Of a stretch of 29,449 nt of DNA, positions 24,549 to 29,449 are shown in pieces (position 1 is the first letter of the stretch; every line of letters starts with the position of its first letter). A program made the position numbers and the translations under genes. The notes below the pieces were generated by a model. The model did not search any database. It was not told the DNA's origin and saw nothing but the letters and a program-made list of their open reading frames with translations. The DNA is taken from positions 1-29,449 of the forward strand of contig JACCUV010000164.1 of assembly GCA_013698495.1 (NCBI GenBank), written 5' to 3'. Source of the DNA: Chloroflexia bacterium (GTDB taxonomy: Bacteria > Chloroflexota > Chloroflexia > Thermomicrobiales > UBA6265).

Positions 24549-25943
24549 GTGACGATCGACCAGAGAACCGCCGCAATATTCGACAACCTCGAACCGTGGA
24601 TCGTCGGCCAACGTTGGTATGGCGATAAATCGCGAAATTCCAGGCGCGTGACCCCTGAGGCGATCGCTGCGATCGAAATCGACGGAGCTGACATTGGCTT
24701 AATCCACGTCACGCTCGAATTCACCGACGACTCGACATCCGTCTATTTCGTTCCACTGGTGATTGGAGAGGCAGGACAACCGGTCGACGCGTTGAGTGAC
24801 CCGCGCTTTCTGGCCTGGCTTGGCTCGGGGTTTGACCAGTCCCGGGTTGTGAGAGCCGGGTATGGCGGCGGCTCGCGTCTGGTCTGGACGTTGGCCAATT
24901 CGGTGTCGGGCACTTCCTGGTCTCGCGAACCCTCACGAGTTCTCGGTGGAGAACAGAGCAACACGTCGATTGTCTTTGGCGATTCGGCAATCGCCAAAGT
25001 GTTCCGAAAGGTGCAGCCTGGTATTAACCCGGATTCCGAGATCGTCTCGCACCTCTCGGCCCAGGGTCAGTTCCCGCATGTTCCGGTCTTTCTCGGCGCG
25101 ATCGTGCTGGAATTCGACGATGGCCGGGAATCGATTGAACTTGCCGCTGTCCAGGCGCTTGTTCCCAATCAGGGTGACTGTTGGCGATGGTTGCCCAATG
25201 CCCTGAGCGAGGCATCCGAGTCTCAATTGACCGAGCTGCTGAGTGCCATTCAACTGCTCGGTCAGCGCACAGGCGAGCTTCACGTTGCACTCGCCGCCAG
25301 CGACTCCAACGATGCCTTTCGACCGGTCCCGATTGACCAGGAATTCTTGAGTGCGCTGGAGGAGCGTATCGGCCGCGAGGTTCGCCACACTTGCTCGATG
25401 CTGTATAGTCAAGGCGCCTGTTCGCACGGTGAATCGGAGGCATTGGCGGCCTCGCTGCTGAGGGACGTGGCGCGCACCGATGCCTTGATGGGAACGCACC
25501 AGACCCGGGTTCATGGCGACTATCACCTGGGCCAGGTTTTGCGAACGCACGATGACTTCTCAATCATCGACTTCGAAGGCGAACCGTCCCGATCAATGAC
25601 TGAGCGCCGCGAGAAAACATCTCCGCTCAAGGATGTAGCGGGCATGCTGCGCTCGATTGACTACGCCGTCGCCACCGCCAACGAGGATGGCTCGACCGAT
25701 GACTACCTTAATTTGAAGACGTGGAGGGAGAATGCCGAACTGTCGTTCGTTGTCGGGTATCTGGGCGCCGTGGGAACCTCTGAGCACTCGCTGGTTCCTC
25801 TCGAACCCGGCGCCTTTCGGCAGTCGCTTGACCTGTTCATGATTGAGAAGGCGTTGTACGAGGTGCGCTACGAGCTCGACAATCGACCGGATTGGGTCGA
25901 TATCCCGCTCGGAGCGCTTCAGCGAATCGCCGGTTCAACCTGA
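24549..25943 (+). CDS. mak: Maltokinase (Pep2/Mak)
   Basis: QRWYGDKSR N-domain, GGEQSNTS, RVHGDYHLGQVL, IIDFEGEP, PLKDVAGMLRS-DY, and EKALYEVRYE--NRPDW. It follows treS. Confidence 0.92.
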   Translation: MTIDQRTAAIFDNLEPWIVGQRWYGDKSRNSRRVTPEAIAAIEIDGADIGLIHVTLEFTDDSTSVYFVPLVIGEAGQPVDALSDPRFLAWLGSGFDQSRVVRAGYGGGSRLVWTLANSVSGTSWSREPSRVLGGEQSNTSIVFGDSAIAKVFRKVQPGINPDSEIVSHLSAQGQFPHVPVFLGAIVLEFDDGRESIELAAVQALVPNQGDCWRWLPNALSEASESQLTELLSAIQLLGQRTGELHVALAASDSNDAFRPVPIDQEFLSALEERIGREVRHTCSMLYSQGACSHGESEALAASLLRDVARTDALMGTHQTRVHGDYHLGQVLRTHDDFSIIDFEGEPSRSMTERREKTSPLKDVAGMLRSIDYAVATANEDGSTDDYLNLKTWRENAELSFVVGYLGAVGTSEHSLVPLEPGAFRQSLDLFMIEKALYEVRYELDNRPDWVDIPLGALQRIAGST

Positions 25944-26003
25944 ACGTTCACTCGGGTTGGTTGCCTCGGGCCTTTGCTGTTCCTGTGCTAGAGTGGCCTC
26001 ACT

Positions 26004-26936
26004 ATGCTTGAGACACTGGCCCTCGATTCACTCCTCATCCTGATCCTTCTGCTCCTGATTCCAATCGGGATGTATCGAGGTGGACTGCGTGAAGTCTGTT
26101 CCGCGGCCGGTGTCCTGCTCGGGCTGCTGGTTGCGATGCAGTGGTCTGATCGCTGGGGCGGTTGGTTGGCGGGCGCCACGGGGATCGATGACGGGGTCGC
26201 CAGGTTCGCTGTGGCTGTGGCTACGATTGTCGTCTTTGCCGGACTCCTCGGTTACGGAGCGACATCCTCGTTCGCTTACTCCCCTGGTCCGGGTGGTCGT
26301 GTGTTTGGCGGCCTGATTGCCCTGGCCAGTGGCGTCGTGTTTCTGGGCGCCGTGATCCAGTTTGTGGCTACGTACCTGTACGAGGGTGTGTATCCGGACA
26401 TCATTCGTGACGGATATGTGTCGCGGACGCTCTCGATTGGCTTCGATTGGGTTCTCCTGATCGTGGCTGGGCTTGTTCTGGTGGCAACGTTGTTTGGCAC
26501 GGTCGTTCGCGAACGGGATACCGAGCAGACAGCGTTCGAACTCCACCGGGACCCGGTGGCCGCTCGCCGCCCGGCGACAGTCCCGACGTTGGCGCCAGAA
26601 CCGGTGACGCTCGAGCCAACGGCAACAGAGCGAGCGGAACAGGAAATGCTGGGCGCAACAGCGGCGGTGAAAATTCGCGAGGTTCGCCATTGGGAAGAAC
26701 CGACTCCGCCCACAATCCAGGACCTCCAGTCCGGATGGTCTCGGACCTGGCCAGGTTCCGTCACCTCGGAACCGCCAAAGTCGGCACGATCCGGACGGGG
26801 ACGACGCGGCAACAACGTCCCGTCGGCGAAACGGAAGTCCGGAGGTTCTCCCGATGAGGCGGTGATTCGCGATTGGCTGGCAGAGGATCAGGAAACCCTT
26901 CGTTCGCGTTTGCCACGACCCGTCGATGACGAGTAG
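26004..26936 (+). CDS. CvpA-family membrane protein with a long low-complexity C-terminal tail
   Basis: DSLLILILLL----GMYRGGLREVCS, four hydrophobic segments, and GRVFGGLIALASG (CvpA-like DR-lGa-fG pattern). The last roughly 140 aa are Pro/Arg/Glu-rich. Confidence 0.72.
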   Translation: MLETLALDSLLILILLLLIPIGMYRGGLREVCSAAGVLLGLLVAMQWSDRWGGWLAGATGIDDGVARFAVAVATIVVFAGLLGYGATSSFAYSPGPGGRVFGGLIALASGVVFLGAVIQFVATYLYEGVYPDIIRDGYVSRTLSIGFDWVLLIVAGLVLVATLFGTVVRERDTEQTAFELHRDPVAARRPATVPTLAPEPVTLEPTATERAEQEMLGATAAVKIREVRHWEEPTPPTIQDLQSGWSRTWPGSVTSEPPKSARSGRGRRGNNVPSAKRKSGGSPDEAVIRDWLAEDQETLRSRLPRPVDDE

Positions 26937-26945
26937 GTTGCGCGG

Positions 26946-27788
26946 TCACGCCGATTCATCGCCGATTGACTGTGCCCAATCGGGTAGTGTGAGCCGCTCG
27001 CCACGAAACACGAACGCAGCAATGTCTCGAGGGAACACACGAACGAGCGTAGAGCGAGTTCGATAGACCCCGTTGCTCATTTGGTTGTCCGTCGCATGAG
27101 TTGCCCACTGCGCATTGATCGCAATCGCGCGTTCCAGCAAGAATTCAGGGACATCGTCGAGCGCGCCCGTCACCGCGATCGCCAAACTGGATTCCATGCT
27201 GGCGTGATCGGCGATCGGGTCCAGCGAGGGCGCGATCGCCGCGACCATTTCTCCGACCTGTATATGTGCAATCCACGAGTTCGTCGCATCATGGTCAGGT
27301 TCCGCTTGCGATTGTGGTAATGGCCGAAACTGCACGCGGATGTCACCGATCGCAATTTCGATCGACCGGGTCAGCGGCACGTAGTTGGGTGAACTCGCCT
27401 GTCCTGGCAGACCATCGAGTTGGATCATGGTGTCGACCGCGCGACGCGCGCGAAAGTCGTTCGAGAGGAGGGCGAGCGCCTTCCCGGTCCCGGCCACGAC
27501 GTCGAGGCGTTGGCGAAGAACACTGCACAATCGGTTGACTTCCGGTTCGGGAGAGTGCTCGAAATCTCCGTTCAGAATCACGATCCGGCAATCGCCATGT
27601 TCGACAAGCAGAACCTGCCAGGCATCATCGCCAACCACAAACATCTGTGGATGCCGCCCGCGCGCAAGCAGGGCAAGCCCGGTGAACCACGAGGCGCCAA
27701 GAACAGCGGAACCAACGCACGTCGCCACAAACCTGCGACGGTTGAATCCAACAGGTTCTTCCGCGGTCGAGGCGCCCGGGCTAACCAC
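26946..27788 (-). CDS. Hypothetical membrane-anchored or exported protein resembling a degenerate ComEC-type metallo-beta-lactamase domain
   Basis: NRRRF plus a hydrophobic N-terminus. The segments FVVGDDAWQVLLVEHG---IVILNG, RLDVVAGT and TNSWIAHIQVG recall the ComEC MBL strands. The start overlaps the ispE stop by 8 nt. Confidence 0.6.
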   Translation of the reverse strand: MVSPGASTAEEPVGFNRRRFVATCVGSAVLGASWFTGLALLARGRHPQMFVVGDDAWQVLLVEHGDCRIVILNGDFEHSPEPEVNRLCSVLRQRLDVVAGTGKALALLSNDFRARRAVDTMIQLDGLPGQASSPNYVPLTRSIEIAIGDIRVQFRPLPQSQAEPDHDATNSWIAHIQVGEMVAAIAPSLDPIADHASMESSLAIAVTGALDDVPEFLLERAIAINAQWATHATDNQMSNGVYRTRSTLVRVFPRDIAAFVFRGERLTLPDWAQSIGDESA

Positions 27789-28677
27789 GCGAATTCACAT
27801 CGACTACCCTGAGCGGTAGCTGCCGCGTGCGCGTCGGCATCATTGTGATCCAGTCTCCGAATCGTTCCACAATTGTTTTCCGAACCTCTTCAAAATCCCT
27901 CCTCATGGACAAGACATAAAACGCGGGACCAGCGCCGCTGAGACCAAACGAATCGGCGCCGAGATCGGACATCGCCTGCCTGAGTTCCAGGACTCTCGGT
28001 TCAATCGTCGCCAGCGGTCTATTGAACGCATTGCGCAGGATCTGACCAGGCGGCATCTGGCCAGCGGCAAAGTGCTCGCGAGCGACATCTGCCTGACCGC
28101 CATCCGTATAGTCTGCAGAACCAATAAGTGAGTACAGAGCGCCCGTCTTTTGTGGAATGTTGATTTTGGGGACGACTAGCAGCACCTCCACGGGCGTGGG
28201 AATTAACGGGTCGAGGATGTCGCCACGTCCCGACGCGATCGCAAGCGGACTCCCGAGGAAAAACGAGATATCGCTCCCAAGTTCTCTCGCCAGTGTCTCA
28301 AGCTGTGTACGAGAGCACGGCATTCCCGCGATTCGATTGGCCGCGATCAGGGCGGCCGCGGCGTCGGAACTGGCTCCGCCCAGGCCAGCCGCCATCGGTA
28401 TCCGCTTCTCGATGCGCCATCCCAATGGTGGACTCTCGGGAACTGCTTCCTGGAACGCATCCAATGCGCGCACGATCAGGTTCTCACCCCTTGAAACGTC
28501 GGACATACCGGCGCCTTGGCCGGTTAAATCGACGAAGACGGTAAGCGTGTCCGCGAGTTCGAGCATCGCCATCGCGGTGCGAATGTCGTGATATCCGTCG
28601 TCGCGCTTTCGCAATATCTCCAGACCCAAATTGATCTTTGCTGGAGCGTCGATCGTCACCTCGGTAGGCGTTTTCAC
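27781..28677 (-). CDS. ispE: 4-diphosphocytidyl-2-C-methyl-D-erythritol kinase
   Basis: APAKINLGL, IEKRIPMAAGLGGASSDAA, LGSDISFFL, and LSGAGP. GTG 28677 forms a GTGA overlap with the rsmA stop. Confidence 0.94.
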   Translation of the reverse strand: MKTPTEVTIDAPAKINLGLEILRKRDDGYHDIRTAMAMLELADTLTVFVDLTGQGAGMSDVSRGENLIVRALDAFQEAVPESPPLGWRIEKRIPMAAGLGGASSDAAAALIAANRIAGMPCSRTQLETLARELGSDISFFLGSPLAIASGRGDILDPLIPTPVEVLLVVPKINIPQKTGALYSLIGSADYTDGGQADVAREHFAAGQMPPGQILRNAFNRPLATIEPRVLELRQAMSDLGADSFGLSGAGPAFYVLSMRRDFEEVRKTIVERFGDWITMMPTRTRQLPLRVVDVNSRG

Positions 28678-29449
28678 TCGGCAAGCGCCTTCGCGAGCCT
28701 GATCCACTCCTCCAAAGTGATTGCCTGAGGACGTCGAGTTGGATCGATCCCGGAACCTTCCAACAGGTGGTTGACGTCGCTCTTCGTACGGTTCAATCCT
28801 TGGGAGAGGCCATTGCCGATCGTCTTCCGTTTGCGTTGGAAGGCCGCGGTCGCAAGCTGAAATAGCTGCCCCCGTTCAATCGGGCTGGCCAGCGGCGATG
28901 TCCGCAACGTGAGTCGCACAACGGCGGAATCCACCTTCGGTGGCGGCAGGAAGACTTCCGCTGGTACGAGAAACACAAGTTCCGGTTCGGCGTAGAGTTG
29001 GGTCGCAAGCGACAGCAGTGAAACGTTGGGCGCGGTCGCAATCATTCGTTCCGCCACCTCGCGCTGAACCATCACCGTCATCGTCGTCGGTGGATGATCG
29101 AGATCGAGGAATCGCCGGACGATCACCGTGCCCGTGCTGTACGGCAGGTTCGCGACGACCTGGTACGGGGCGCCGTTGACAAGCGCTTCGACATCGACGT
29201 GGCGAGCGTCGCGCTCGACGAGAGTGAGTTTATCGACGTGAGCAAGATCCTGCTCAAGGAACGCCTTCAGCTCACGATCCAGTTCGATCGCGATGACCTG
29301 GGCTCCCCGGTCGAGAAGTTCGCGGGTGAGAATCCCCAAACCGGGTCCGACTTCGACAACCAGCGTTCCTGGAACTATCCGCGCGGCGACCGCAATCCGG
29401 CTCACAACCTCCGGCTCGACCAGGAAGTTTTGCCCCATCGACCGTGCCG
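28674..29449 (-). CDS. rsmA: 16S rRNA (A1518/A1519) dimethyltransferase, 5'-truncated by the window
   Basis: GQNFL, VVEVGPGLG, IELD, VANLPY, MVQREVAER, and PPPKVDS. The frame stays open to the window edge (ARSMGQNFL corresponds to the usual xKSLGQNFL). Confidence 0.95.
   Translation of the reverse strand, partial: ARSMGQNFLVEPEVVSRIAVAARIVPGTLVVEVGPGLGILTRELLDRGAQVIAIELDRELKAFLEQDLAHVDKLTLVERDARHVDVEALVNGAPYQVVANLPYSTGTVIVRRFLDLDHPPTTMTVMVQREVAERMIATAPNVSLLSLATQLYAEPELVFLVPAEVFLPPPKVDSAVVRLTLRTSPLASPIERGQLFQLATAAFQRKRKTIGNGLSQGLNRTKSDVNHLLEGSGIDPTRRPQAITLEEWIRLAKALAE

Noticed and set aside
1-29449. tRNA, rRNA, CRISPR, IS or prophage, defence genes, or a compositional island
   Set aside because: No T-loop cloverleaf, regularly spaced repeats, transposase or integrase motifs, or sustained GC shift seen by eye. 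tRNAscan-SE and cmscan would be decisive.

Overview
GC-rich bacterial chromosomal segment. The gene set and protein style suggest Chloroflexota, possibly Thermomicrobiales (inference). No mobile element, CRISPR array, rRNA or tRNA was recognised. From left to right: alpha-glucan block 1 (malQ, GH57 branching enzyme); an orphan Tat-exported ABC family-5 binding protein; an M42 aminopeptidase; an exported two-repeat DUF3352-like protein with an inserted Excalibur Ca-binding module; a 44-aa membrane peptide; hspR-clpB with a clear sigma70 promoter and a variant HAIR operator; a divergent lipid trio (GDPD, CDP-alcohol phosphotransferase, PatA/HtrB-like acyltransferase); yajQ; a NarL-type two-component pair followed by tandem palindromic boxes and a MarR gene; alpha-glucan block 2 (glgX plus a 66-aa orphan, divergent from glgE-treS-mak); a CvpA-family protein with a long tail; a degenerate ComEC-like MBL-fold protein; ispE; and a 5'-truncated rsmA. 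The best leads are the variant HspR operator shared with the lipid genes, the pgsA/patA-like lipid module, the HK-RR-MarR cascade with visible binding boxes, the DUF3352-Excalibur protein, two small orphan proteins and the pseudo-MBL. All family calls come from motif recognition by eye, not database searches.
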